Below, in pieces: positions 14,141 through 25,792 of a stretch of DNA of 64,000 nt (position 1 is its first letter; each line of letters starts with the position of its first letter). Origin of the DNA: the human T2T-CHM13v2.0 reference genome, Homo sapiens; the NCBI RefSeq assembly GCF_009914755.1, contig NC_060926.1, one strand, 5' to 3'. The position numbers and the translations under genes are program-made. The notes under the pieces are model-generated. The model saw only the letters and a program-made list of their open reading frames with translations, was not told the DNA's origin and did no database searches.

Positions 14141-15489
14141 GATAACATAGATCAAAAATAAAGTCAGTGAAACTGTAAACAACAATATTAGTTATATTAA
14201 CATGTATGCATAAGTATATAATGTGTATATGCACATATATTTACGTATCTAATATAATTCCCCCTCCTTGGGGGAAGGAGATTGGGGGGATCTGAAAAAC
14301 AGACTCCATAGCTTCTTTCCACTTGCCCACAGAATGCTCTGAAAATACTATTAATATACTGCATTAGAAAGAAAATCTTAATTTATAAAAGCTAATATTT
14401 AGGCAACATTTTTGCACTAACATATCGGTGACCTATCAATTAAAAATGACATCAAAATTAAAAATGTATAAAACAACAACTAGCAATTTAAAAAAGTCAT
14501 GCGAAGCTTGGATGTAAGAGGAAATCAAAATTGCAATGAACATTTGTTAGAAAATATTGCATTCCTACACTACTACAAAACATGAAATTACTAAATCTAT
14601 GCAATGTAGCCAAGCCTTACCTAGAAGCAAATTCATAATCTTAAATGTTTTCCTTATTGATAAAAAAGAATAAAAATAACGGAACCAAGCATTCACCTTA
14701 ATTATTTGGAAAAAGAAACAGAAAAAAAACAGGAGGAAATATATAATGGGAAATATAGAAATCCAAGAACAAGGAAACCAAAATATAAGTCCAATAAAGT
14801 CAATGATTAAACCCAAGATTTAATCTTTTGATTAAAACAAATCTAACACATACAATTTGAAAAAATCTTTTAAAATGTTGGTTCCCAACTATCCTAATTA
14901 TTATTCTCATACTCTCAACTCATGTAAGTTCTCAGTGTCTCTACTTCAGTATAATTCAAGGAACTCTGGTCTTCCCACTTTGATCCAATTCACCAGAGCA
15001 TTTCAAGTTGGCCCCATGGTTTGACTACCAGAGGGCCTCCAAGGGAAATAGGCTGCCGAGGAGATTAGCTTCAGTAAAAGCTTTTACCGGAAGGCTTTTA
15101 CAATGAGCTCCATCTTCATGGTAGGGCTGGTCTCAGACAAGAGATATGCACCATCAGGTCTTTCCCCAGGACCAACGTCTGGGTGAATGCAGCCCAATTA
15201 CAGGGGAGGGGACTTTCCCTTGGTACAGAAGAGTATACTCTGTATGTTACCGTCCTGATTTGCCCTACACAAAATGGGTGCTCAATTTTTGAAAGATTGA
15301 GTCTTGGCAGAAAGTTGCTTATTCTTGCCTACACCACACCGTCTCAACAGATTTGAGTTTTCTATCCTTGTGTCATCACCGAAGCACAGAAGCATGGGTG
15401 TGAAGCAGGAAACTTAAAGACAAAAGCAGAAATCAGAAAGCAGAAAGAAGGAAGAAGAAAGAAGGCTCCTCACAAACCCCAACCCTTTG

Positions 15490-15590
15490 AATATGTCCAA
15501 ATTCATCAAATTGTACAGTAGTAGGTGCAGTTTTTTTGTTTACCAACCCTACCTTAATAAAGCTGTTTAGAAGAAAAAAAAAAAAAAAAG
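15490..15590 (+). mobile_element. L1M extreme 3' end with poly(A)
   Basis: ATGTCCAAATTCATCAAATTGTAC...CCTTAATAAAGCTGTTT followed by an A tail. Confidence 0.65.
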
Positions 15591-15914
15591 ACTATGGAGT
15601 ATATCCAAAATACCAGGATATTTCAGAAATGAAAGCTGATTAAACATAATGATTGGTCTATTAAAAAAACATAATAATTAAAAAAGTAAAAAATAAATAA
15701 ATAAAAATAAAAAATTAAAAAATTAAAAAAAGACCATCCCTTCTGTCCCAAGTAATCAAATAACTCAGAATAGTGAATATATAGTTAGCCCTCTCTGCTG
15801 CTCATGCATTGTGCTGAAGACTTCAACTCATTGTTTCTTTAAGCAATAGTATGAAAAAAAACCACACTTTTTTTTAAAAGCTCTATTATTATTCCTTTTT
15901 AAATTACTTACTTT

Positions 15915-16081
15915 TTTAAATTTTTACTTTTTGAGCCAGAGTCTTCCTCTATTGCCCATGCTGGAGTGCAGTGGTGCAATCATAGCTCACTGCAGCCTGA
16001 GCTTCTGGGCTCAGGCCATCCTCCCATTTCAGCCTCGTGAGTTGCTGAGACTACAGGCATGTGCCACTATGCCCAGCTGAC

Positions 16082-16133
<52 letters not shown>

Positions 16134-16247
16134 GACGAGGTCTCATTTTGTTGCCCAGGCTGGTCTCAAACTCCTGCACTCAAGCCATCCTCCCGCCTAA
16201 GCCTCCCAAAGTGCTGGGATTATAGGTGTGAGCCTCTGCACCTGGCC
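15915..16247 (-). mobile_element. AluJ with expanded central tract, inserted in a MIR
   Basis: AluJ-type motifs (CATAGCTCACTGCAGCC, CTCAAGCCATCCTCCCGCC). T43 at 16088-16130. MIR resumes at about 16255 (GAAACTGAGGCTTAGAGAGGTT). Confidence 0.9.
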
Positions 16248-18596
16248 CTTTTCTACTTTGAAGAAACTGAGGCTTAGAGAGGTTATAAGAACCTTTCTAA
16301 AGTGATCCAGTCAATGACCCAAGGAGAATTGAAACCCAGGCAGCTAGTGTCCAGCATTCAGCATCCGTGCTCTCTCTTACCCCTGGTCTGTATCATGTTT
16401 CCAAAGAAAGCAACTTCTACCCTGACAGGATCATTCTTGAGAACTCTGACCTTCCTTCCACCCCAGTTGACATCTCCACACGGGAGGGGGAGATTTATTT
16501 GATTGATGAGACATAGAAGAATCATCATCCACTCATCCATGTTCCTGCTTGACTGCAGTGAGCGAAGTTAAAAGTCAGAATACATGGGGCCTCACTCTCC
16601 ACCCTGCCCCCAGCCCCAAGAGCCTCTCCGTCCCTGGACAAGGAGAAGGCACAGTTTTCCTCGTGTCTGAGTAAGCATCAGCTCTGCAAATGCAATTCAG
16701 CCTTGGGTCCCAACGTTTCAACTTAAGAGGAAATATAAGGTTGCCACCTACTTTGGCTTCAGATTTTAATGTGCTCTCCAGTTCAGTTTCCCAAGCAATT
16801 AAGCTGATGATCTCTAGTGAATTCCTGGGTCTAGGTATCAATTAGTTCAGAGCTTTGACGAGCAGGGATGTGAGTATTATCAGCCTGAAACTCATCCATT
16901 CACACCCCACAGTGGGCTTCTGCCCATGCTTCTGGCTCTAAGAAACTAAATCTTGAGCCTGTTACATGACACTTTAAAGTGCTGTGAACACATGCCTAGA
17001 TAAATGTCGGAGAACCCACTAAATAAAGCAATGCTCTATCAATGCACAGGACAGCTACATTCCAGAGACTTCCTCTCTGAAGATTTTTGTAGGATCGCGC
17101 AGAGGATAACTCTCAAGTAAAGGGGAAATGCTTTCCTTAAGTTATTCCTGTGTACATAAGGTTCCATGTCAGCTCGTTAGTGCAGTGCCACATAACTCTT
17201 CCCTCCCTTTGGGGCAGATGAGCTCCAAACATCTCTCCAGCCAGGCAGACATCCTGGAATTATGGGCAAAATATCCAGGTCGCATATGAGACAAATTCCC
17301 TAGCAGGGGAATAAGACAAAATTTGTCTTAGGATCCTTTCTTATAAACACAGGAAGCATCATAAAAGAATAACTTCAACCCATTTTTACTCAAGGAGATG
17401 GGTGAGTTGATGAATTAAATTAGGTTTTGACATTTTCTTGACAAGAAACAGATCACTGCAATTAGAAGAGTTTGCAGAGTAATTATTTCACATTGCTAGT
17501 TCAGACTGCTTTCACAGAGAGATGGGTGTTTCCCTTAATATGTGGCCATGACATAGGACAAAATGGGTGTATTTTGGATAGAAACACGGAAACATGAAGA
17601 GGTATATCCTTTGTATACAGTGACTAAAGTGCCTGGTCAGCTGTTTCTACCAGCAGGGGTGCAAATAGGTCTTGACAACTTCATGTTCTGTTTCAGATTT
17701 ATAACCCACTGAAAATATTTAGAGTTTTAAAACTCTAGGGCCATGATTGTGTCACAGGCTCTTCATCTGAGGCAGCACATTGGAACTCGTTTACTGTGTG
17801 TGATTTTTATTTTCTAAAGATTCCTCTTCTCTTCTTTCTTCTGTTGTCTCCCTCCTTCCCTCTCTTTCATTTTCTCTTTTCTTTTTTAAACAAGGAACTT
17901 TGCTCTTTGTCAGAAGGTGATAAAGAAGGCAACAATGACCTTGAATTCCTGTTCACGTCCAAATTGTATTGGGATGTAGAACTCAATTCCATCTTGGAGT
18001 AGTTCTCCGGTAATGAGAAAATTCATACCAGGCCCTATTTTCAGCCTGAGAGTCCCCTTCCGGCCCCTTGGGAACATCACAGTGGAGAGAGGCCCCCTTA
18101 GTGGCACAATCAGCCTCTCATTTCTCCGGAGGGGTTATTTTTTGCATATTTCTGGCAGCCTGGCCTCTGACCTATAGCCTGATGTAATAGGGTTCAAGTT
18201 AAATAAAGTCAACAGTTGCCTGACCTATTGTTATGTTCGCCTTTGGTCCTTCTGCAAGCAGAAAACTTGCTTCTCTAGTAATTCTCAGCAGGTTAAACCT
18301 CTCTTTGGATCTGCTTCTTCTCTGATTTCTGAATTGGTGAGAATGAGCTATGTTAATGGAAAAAGTAGGGAAGGATTGAGATGATAAAGAGAAATTAGGA
18401 AATATACTGCAAAAAAACCCGGCGGAATTAAAGAACTATGGATGAAGAGCCACAGATGTTCACGGAGGCTTCAGGTTCTGAATATGGACAAATATGATGC
18501 TGCAATGTGTCAGTTTCAGACACCTCTGCACTGAGAAAGGCTAGAGAATGCTAACATCTCATCTTTGGAAAGGATCTTAGAAATAATTTAACCTGG

Positions 18597-18815
18597 CAGT
18601 TTCAGAACGTTTTTAGCAACTTGATCTTTTCTTTGAGTCTAACTCAGATTTCCAGTTTATAAAACAGATACAATCAACGCTGCCCTAGATAATACCCCAA
18701 AAAGGAGGCTGAGGGCCTATGTCACCTCTGCCCTCCTTCCCTCACCAAACAGCCTCTGAGATGCCTCCTCAAAGCCCCTGTCTAATCAGCATGGAGCAGA
18801 GCCTGAAAACCACTG
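18597..18815 (+). mobile_element. MER117-like hAT-Charlie MITE
   Basis: CAGTTTCAGAACGTTTTTAGCA...TATAAAACAGATA...TGAAAACCACTG. Confidence 0.5.
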
Positions 18816-19049
18816 AGAACACAGCATGTCCCAAGACAGGAGTCACCTCTGCAGGATCCCTGACTCAGCCCCACTCATGGGAATTCACAGCAGCTTGCCA
18901 GCAGCTGAAACTGCCCTGACTTTCACCACCAGAGTGGCTCTTCACCTCCAGAGCCTGTGAAACAAACTTACCCCTCTGTCCATGTGACAGCCTTCAAATA
19001 TAGGACCACAGCCAGTATGTCTCCTTGTGGTCTCCACACCCCATTGTTT

Positions 19050-19150
19050 GCATTCGATTATTTGCTCCTTGAGGTCAGGAGTTGTGTCTGTTTTGTCTTC
19101 ACAGTCTCAGTGCCTAATCCAATAGTGAGTAGTAAGCGCTTAATAAATGT
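19050..19150 (+). mobile_element. L2 3' end fragment
   Basis: GCTCCTTGAGGTCAGGAG...CAGTGCCTA...AGTAAGCGCTTAATAAATGT. Confidence 0.65.
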
Positions 19151-19199
19151 CCTAGAGAAAGTGGTGAGAGCTACGAGATGACACCTGGATGATTAATCA

Positions 19200-19420
19200 T
19201 AAAGTAATTATAAAGACTCCAATTATTAAACTAGGCATTGGGTTCAACACTTTATGTACAAAATGTATTTCAATTTTTTGGAAACAATAAGCATTATTAA
19301 CGCTGTTTAATAGAAGAGGAACTGAGACTTAGTGTTAACTGACACAGCAGGGCCACACAGCTAGCAAGCAAGAGGAGGGAGTAGGACTTGAGTCCAAGCT
19401 TATCTCAGCTTTTAACCACA
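19200..19420 (-). mobile_element. MIR
   Basis: GAGGAACTGAGACTTAG...GGCCACACAGCTAGCAAG. Confidence 0.6.
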
Positions 19421-20419
19421 ATGATAGAATCTAGTGGTTGAGGCCAGTGTTGACAGATGTTCAGTAGAGACAAGGGCTGGGGAGGGAAGGAAAGGAAGGA
19501 GACACCGTGTAAGCAAGTGGAGGAATCCAGAGTTGCTGCTTGGGTAATTGTCCTAATAGATGCACTTCCACCATCACCACTGCCCTGAGCTCCATTTGTC
19601 TTCTTTCCTCCTTTTTCTCTGTCAGTTCTCATCTTGACCCAGATTTTTTTTTCTTCCAATAGTCAATGGGTGGGTACTGTCTGAATTCCTGAAGGGTTTC
19701 TGCTACTAGAACATGACCACCCAGAGCTGTCTGCTCTCCAATGGCTTAGCACATCAGCAGCAAAGGAGGCAAGATGCAGGCTGGAGAACATGAGATCACA
19801 GATGTATGAAACGTGCATAAGACAGCCTCTGGCACATGGCAGGTCATCAGATGATTCGGTGTTCTCCCCTCCTTTTAAAATTTCTTCATGCCAGTTTCCC
19901 ACAGTCTCTCCTAATTTCCTTCTCTAGAGGCTCTAATTTTGTCTAGGACTGATTTGGCATTCCTGACCATCTGTGGAAAATGATGCCTCCCAGAAGACAC
20001 CATTCTTTAAGACCTTCCTGTCGCAATCAGGACAATAAGCTCTCTCTTAAGGCCAACTCCCACCTTCACCCTGCACTTGTACCTTTCCTCATCATCACTG
20101 ATGCTTCCTCCTTCTTCATTGAGCCCAATGTTAGGATGTGAGGCTTTTGAGCCTCCTTGTTTCATTATTAATGGAGCTTGAGATTTTGTTTCTTGCTTTG
20201 GAAGCTACATTGCAAATAAAAGCAGGGGCAGGAAGTGAGATCTGATTTTCTGTCTGGTGCCAAGGCTATGGTTAGATCTTTGAGGCCAATTTCCAAGTGA
20301 CTTTGGATTGGAGTCAGAATACGTGTTTGAGGTAAATAGAGAAGAGAGCTATCTCTCAAGTGGGGCAATCTCAGAGACTGGTGTCTTGGAGAGATGTTTA
20401 TTGGCTAAATAATAATTCC

Positions 20420-20640
20420 TTGCATATGTTCAGCATTTCACAGCTCACCAAATACTTCTTTGAGTATTATCCCATTTGATTCTTGAAACAATGTTCTAGG
20501 GTAGCTGGGAAAATAGCATTGTTCCCATTTTATACACACTCTGCACTCCTCAGTGAGGAGAGCAGAACTTATGGGACTTGTTCACAGTCGTTCAACCCTT
20601 TAGTGTAAAACCAGGACTGAAACCGAAGTTTTCTGACTGA
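20420..20640 (-). mobile_element. MIR
   Basis: TATCCCATTTGATTCTTGAAAC...CCCATTTTATAC...AGGACTGAAACC. Confidence 0.55.
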
Positions 20641-22819
20641 CTTGTGAAGATCATATGAATAAGGCAGGTATATAACTCACCTGAGAAAATGTCTTCTGCC
20701 TTTATGTATTTAGACAGTGTTAGTCTCTGTCCTCATTTCCTTTCTGAATCCTGGGTCTGTGTCCTTTTTCTCATTCGCTGTGCTGGAAAAATAGATAAAA
20801 GGAAGTGATTTGGAGAGAAGGAAGAGAAGAACGTGGTTCTTGATCTCCGGGGACTGGTTCTAAGACATGCTTCTGAGGCTGAGGTTGATGCTATTGTGAA
20901 ACCCAGCATGAAGCATAACCTTGTTAGGTCTAACCAGCAGAGAGTGGGAGAACAGTGTCTCTCTTCACTTCTGCTTCCTTTCCTCCCTCCTTTCCCACCC
21001 TGCTTTTGTGATTTGTTAATTATTTGAGGCAAGGGTATTGGAGGTGTCTAGGCTCTGTCTTCTGACTCAGTCTCATCCCTCCCTGGCCCATAAAAATGTC
21101 TCAGAGGCCTTGTTGATCTGAGAATATGAGGCAAACCAACCATCTCGCCCTTTCTAGGCTTGTACATGGGTTTCGGAACTGTCCCCCCATAAACCCTCCC
21201 TGTGATCCCACCCACCCAGCCACTATTGCCAGCCCAACTTACTGGAAATCTCTGTTCCTCTAAAGCAGACATTGGCTTTGTTCCCAGAGCCAGGCAAAAT
21301 GGAAATGCTTTCTAAGAAAAACACAAACAAGAGAATTACATCCTGATCTGACCAGTTGGAAATTTCTTCACAGTATAATTTTATTTGTTCCTCATCAAGG
21401 ATGCTTTATCCCTCTTTCTGCAAAGGCTGGCCTGGTAGGTCAAGAAAGTAACTGATACTTATTTTTTTCTCTAGTCACTAAAAAAAAATCAAACCCATAT
21501 AAATTGCTGTCAATTCTGGTGACTTAGAATACAGTTATAGTTCTGGTATCATAAATAAGCTGATATGATGGTACTGAAAGAGCTATAGGGTCCCCCTTCT
21601 TGAAAGATATTTAAAGATTTGAGAAACTCCGAAAGGCCTCTGGTCTGTGGCCCTCACTCCCCTACTTCACCCATAGCTCAGATTATGTTCTTTCGTAGCG
21701 TGGTTATTGGATTCCACTCAACTGCCACCGTCTTTGGATAATGCCATCCAAGAGCATGACTATTCTCCAATGTCTAAGTTCTCCAAAAACCTCTTTGTTT
21801 TCCCTTGACCACTGCAGTCCAGTAAATGCTACATTATGTTAAAGGTGACCTCATTTGACCTTCAAATCATCTTTAAAACTGGCCTTCCCACAGTAAAAGA
21901 ATTTCAGACCATAGACTGCAACCATTGTGTTTATCTCACACAATATTGTTTTGAAGGCTTCTGTCAATGTAACTCAAGTTTGAAGCACTAAGCTGGCACT
22001 TGATATATGCTGCTGAACAGTCTAACTACAGGATATACTATCTATTATTTTAGTAGCAATGGGAGGTATATGCCAAGCCTTGTTTTAGATGCTGCAAATG
22101 CCAATGTGCCTATGAACAGTCCAGCCTTAGACTCTAAAGAAGCTCTTACTACATATTCATATTCCAGTTCATAGATCTTTCTCCTAGACTTTGATTTTCG
22201 GATTATTTAATTGTTGTATTATTACTCAATTTTGTATCCATTTTTGCTTCATCTCTTTCCTTTGTCCTAATCCTTTGGAGGGAATAGCAACAGCAATGGT
22301 GAGGAGAAAGAGCCCAAGAAAGGTAGACTTGAATTCTGCTCTTAATTCATTCACTCTGTGATCACTGACTTCTCTCTTTACTTCTCTTATCTCAGCGAAT
22401 TTATATGTAATATTAGGAGAATAGAAATGCAAGGGACCCTAGGAATAAAATAATTACTTATTGAAAATAAATAGTCAAAGACGACTATTATCCAGGTGTT
22501 AGAGATGGAAAGGTAAATCAGATTTGGTCCCTGACCCTTAGGGGCCAGTCTAGCAGGAAAACAATCTTGGAGCCTAGAGCTTTTTCCTTGTACCCAGCAC
22601 ATGCCTTAAACTTCGTGAGTGCTGGAGAACCAGATGTTAATTTGGGTGTGGGATTTTGAGCTAGTTCTTTTACCATAATTGCTATTTCCAAGTGGAGCTG
22701 ATCGTCTTTCTACTTTCTCTTTCTAGGGGAGAAAGACATATTCTAGTATAGATCCTAGGTATTCCCATCTGACCTATAAATTGACTTTGTGATACAGCAG
22801 AAAAGGCATAAATTAAAAT

Positions 22820-22952
22820 ATTATCTTCTGTTACAAATTCCATAGTTTTGGATAAGTCATGTCCCTTTTTGTGCCTCATTTTATCCCACTGATAATAAGT
22901 GGTTTGAATTAGATGAGTTCTGGGGTCCCTCCTACTTTGAACATTCTTTGAG
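22820..22952 (+). mobile_element. MIR3-like fragment
   Basis: GATAAGTCA...GTGCCTCATTTT...TTGAATTAGATG...GGTCCCTCC. Confidence 0.5.
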
Positions 22953-23118
22953 TTGAAGATCATGGCCACATCACTCAGCCCTGCTACTGGTGCCCAGGCT
23001 CTGGCCTTAGGAGTATGTGTCTAAGCTATTTGGTTGTCTCTTTTTCTGCCCCTTTCTCCCTTCAATCCATCTCTAATATCTGTACACCAGATCCACTGCC
23101 TTGGGCCTACTATATGTA

Positions 23119-23198
23119 TTAGGTTGGTGCAAAAGTAATTGCGATTTTTGTCACTAAAAGTAACCGCAAAAACCGCAGTTACTTTTGCATCAACGTAA
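23119..23198. mobile_element. MADE1 (Hsmar1 mariner MITE, 80-bp palindrome)
   Basis: TTAGGTTGGTGCAAAAGTAATTGCG...CGCAGTTACTTTTGCATCAACGTAA with TA on both sides (23117-18, 23199-200). Confidence 0.95.
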
Positions 23199-23599
23199 TA
23201 CTTCTGCTTCTCAGTTTCTCAGTTCCTTTTTTCTGTCTAGTGCTTTTCTTCTTGAAATTAGAATCGTTCTCTCCCTAGATTTTACCAACCCCCCTGATTT
23301 GGCAGAGGACTCTCAGCTTGAACCATATCTTGCTCCTGTGAACCTGTTTTCTTCAAGGCTTTGTAGTCTCTATTTTATAAGCAACACCTATGGACTTCTG
23401 AAAAAACGACTTGAGAATGCTGTTTTTTATGTTTTACACTCAGCTCCCTATAAATTACCATGCCTTTGTATTTTGATCATTTCTATTACTGTTCAAGGTT
23501 ACATAACCTCATTCTATGCTACAGACTGAATGTGTTTTTGAAATAAAAGGCAGGGGAAAACTGTCATTAGAGGTAGTAAAATATAAAGCTTTTTTATTT

Positions 23600-24522
23600 C
23601 TTTCACAGTCTCCCTTGACTTGTCATGGTCGTGTTGTTTTTCAATTTGCTATTTCATGTTCTAAATAAAGAAAAATTGAAATGATAAATTACTAGCATAG
23701 ATTTACCATTCATCTTGATATTGTGCAATGACACTTTTAAATGCAAACTAAGAGTATTTCATTCCTATGAGATTACCGAAATCACACAATTTATACTTCA
23801 TAGCTTGTACACGCATATATATTTTGCTCTTATCAGAACACTGTAAACACTGCACGAAACCAGTTCAAGTATTTGTACTTTTCTTCTTAATAATATGCAC
23901 ATTCTATCAACACTCTCTACCTTTGACTTACTGATGAGTAAGAGGACTGAAAAGAAAAGGCACTATGGTTTGCCCTATCTTTCTCTTTCCTTCTATGGTA
24001 TCATTTTCAGTGCAAGTGGTTGACTAATAGAGGAAGTAACATGAGTAATAAAGGATATGACAGAGTCCCTTGCTAATTCTTGTTTCTTAGAATGTCCTTG
24101 CCCTCTTTCTGGCTTGAATGGAAAATGTGGCCTCCTGGGACTGTCAGTGGTGTGGTCCCCACATCCTTAGTTGTACACATAACATGCTTACCGTGTGCTT
24201 GCTTTGAGTCCCTTCTGAGCTCCCATGCAATGTAGACTCATCGGAATCCCGTGCTCATGGGATTTTATGAACACTATATGCAAATAGGACAGCAAGAAAT
24301 GGCAGTAAACGCTTTTATTGTTGCTATCTCCTCTGCTCCTGCACATGCTCCATGGTATCGTTGGACTTCACTTACAAAACACAGATACAAAGACAAAATT
24401 ACTAAGAATTACCAAGAATTTTAATTTCAAGATGGCAACAGAGTATTAAACCAAAGATGAAGTCGTTCTGAGTGTGGGGTTTGCGAGATGGCACAGGTGG
24501 CACTCCCAGGAGCTCGTCTTGG
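23600..24522 (-). mobile_element. MER45B/R-like hAT-Tip100 element
   Basis: TTGGACTTCACTTACAAAACAC...AATTTCAAGATGGCAACAGAG...TTAAACCA...GCACAGGT resembles the reverse complement of the MER45 5' end. Left boundary approximate. Confidence 0.7.
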
Positions 24523-24646
24523 CCAGGTCGCACCCTTGAGTCCATTGGAACCTGAATCTCACCCTGCTCTGCTATGCTATACTGACTCCAGCTGAATTCA
24601 AGGAGTTACAGTTTGAAACTCTCCAGACTCCAGTGGCCATCCCACT

Positions 24647-25212
24647 TGTGGTGAGTAGCTTTAAATAAAATATGCTCACAAATTATTTAATATACTTTCC
24701 TTTAAAAAATGGAGCTTAATTCCTTTCAAGTGTGGACTATTTTTAGTGACTTACCTCTAAAAAATATTATATGGCAAAAGTGATGAAGTATGATTTACAA
24801 CAATTGATCCTGGAAGATACTGCATCTTCCATCTTGCTGTCTCTCCTAGATCACTTGCTCTGAGGGAGGACATCTGCTGTATCATGAGGACGCAAAACCA
24901 TCCCATGGAGGGTGCTACATGCAGAGCAGCTGAGGCCTCCTGCTAGTTGTCAGTGAGGAACCGAGGCTTCTTGCCAATGGCCATGTGAGTGAGCCATCTT
25001 GCAAACAGATCCCCTAACCCCAGTTAAGCCCTTCAGGCAAACTGCAACGTTGTCAAGTCTTAACTGCAACCTCATGAGAGACCCTAGGCCATAGCCACCA
25101 GCTAAGCTGCTCTTGAATTCCTGACTCAGAAACTTTGAGATCATGAATCTTTGTTGTATTAGGCCTCCAACCTTAGGGGTAATTGGTTATGCAGCAATAG
25201 ATAACTAATATA
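24647..25212 (+). mobile_element. MLT1F-like MaLR LTR
   Basis: TGTGGTG...CCATGTGAGTGAGCCATCTTG...GTTATGCAGCAATAGATAACTAATA. Confidence 0.85.
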
Positions 25213-25429
25213 CCATTATTTTCAAGCGGGACTATAAGCTTGGTACAACCCAAACACCAAAGTATATCCAAGAGTTTTCTTGGCCATGTTAGGAAGTCTC
25301 AGAAGACCTCAAAATGAAAAGCAGACAAGCCTCTACTCATAGAGTGCACATTAGGCCGATATAATATTTAGCTTTTCTAGATGCTTTATTTTTTAGGCAC
25401 TGTACAGTAAAACCAGGGCTTCTTTCCTT

Positions 25430-25792
25430 GCCTTGATAAATGGTGAATGACATTGGATGCCACTCTCACCCCCATATGCTCACCAAAGGGAGAAGAATTG
25501 CTCACCTGATTGGTGGGAGTCATAGCAAATGAAATAGGTCCCTGTGCCACAATTCTGCCAGACTCAGACCTCACTTGTCATTTGGAGGAGCAATTTTGAA
25601 TCACATTCTCCACTGTTCCTTGCAGGCCCCCAGCAGTAGTAACCCGCTGCTATGCGCAGTGAAAATCAGCTCAATTAGACAGCCTTGCGCATGCTTTCCC
25701 CCATCTCTACTTCACTCCCCTTTCTTTTCCCACTAACTTCCTGTGATCACCTCTTGAGGACCTTGGTGAGAGCACTGGACCAAACCAAGACA
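25430..25792 (+). mobile_element. LTR16-like ERVL LTR fragment
   Basis: CCCCAGCAG...TTCACTCCCC...TTCCTGTGATCACCTC...AAACCAAGACA. Confidence 0.45.
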
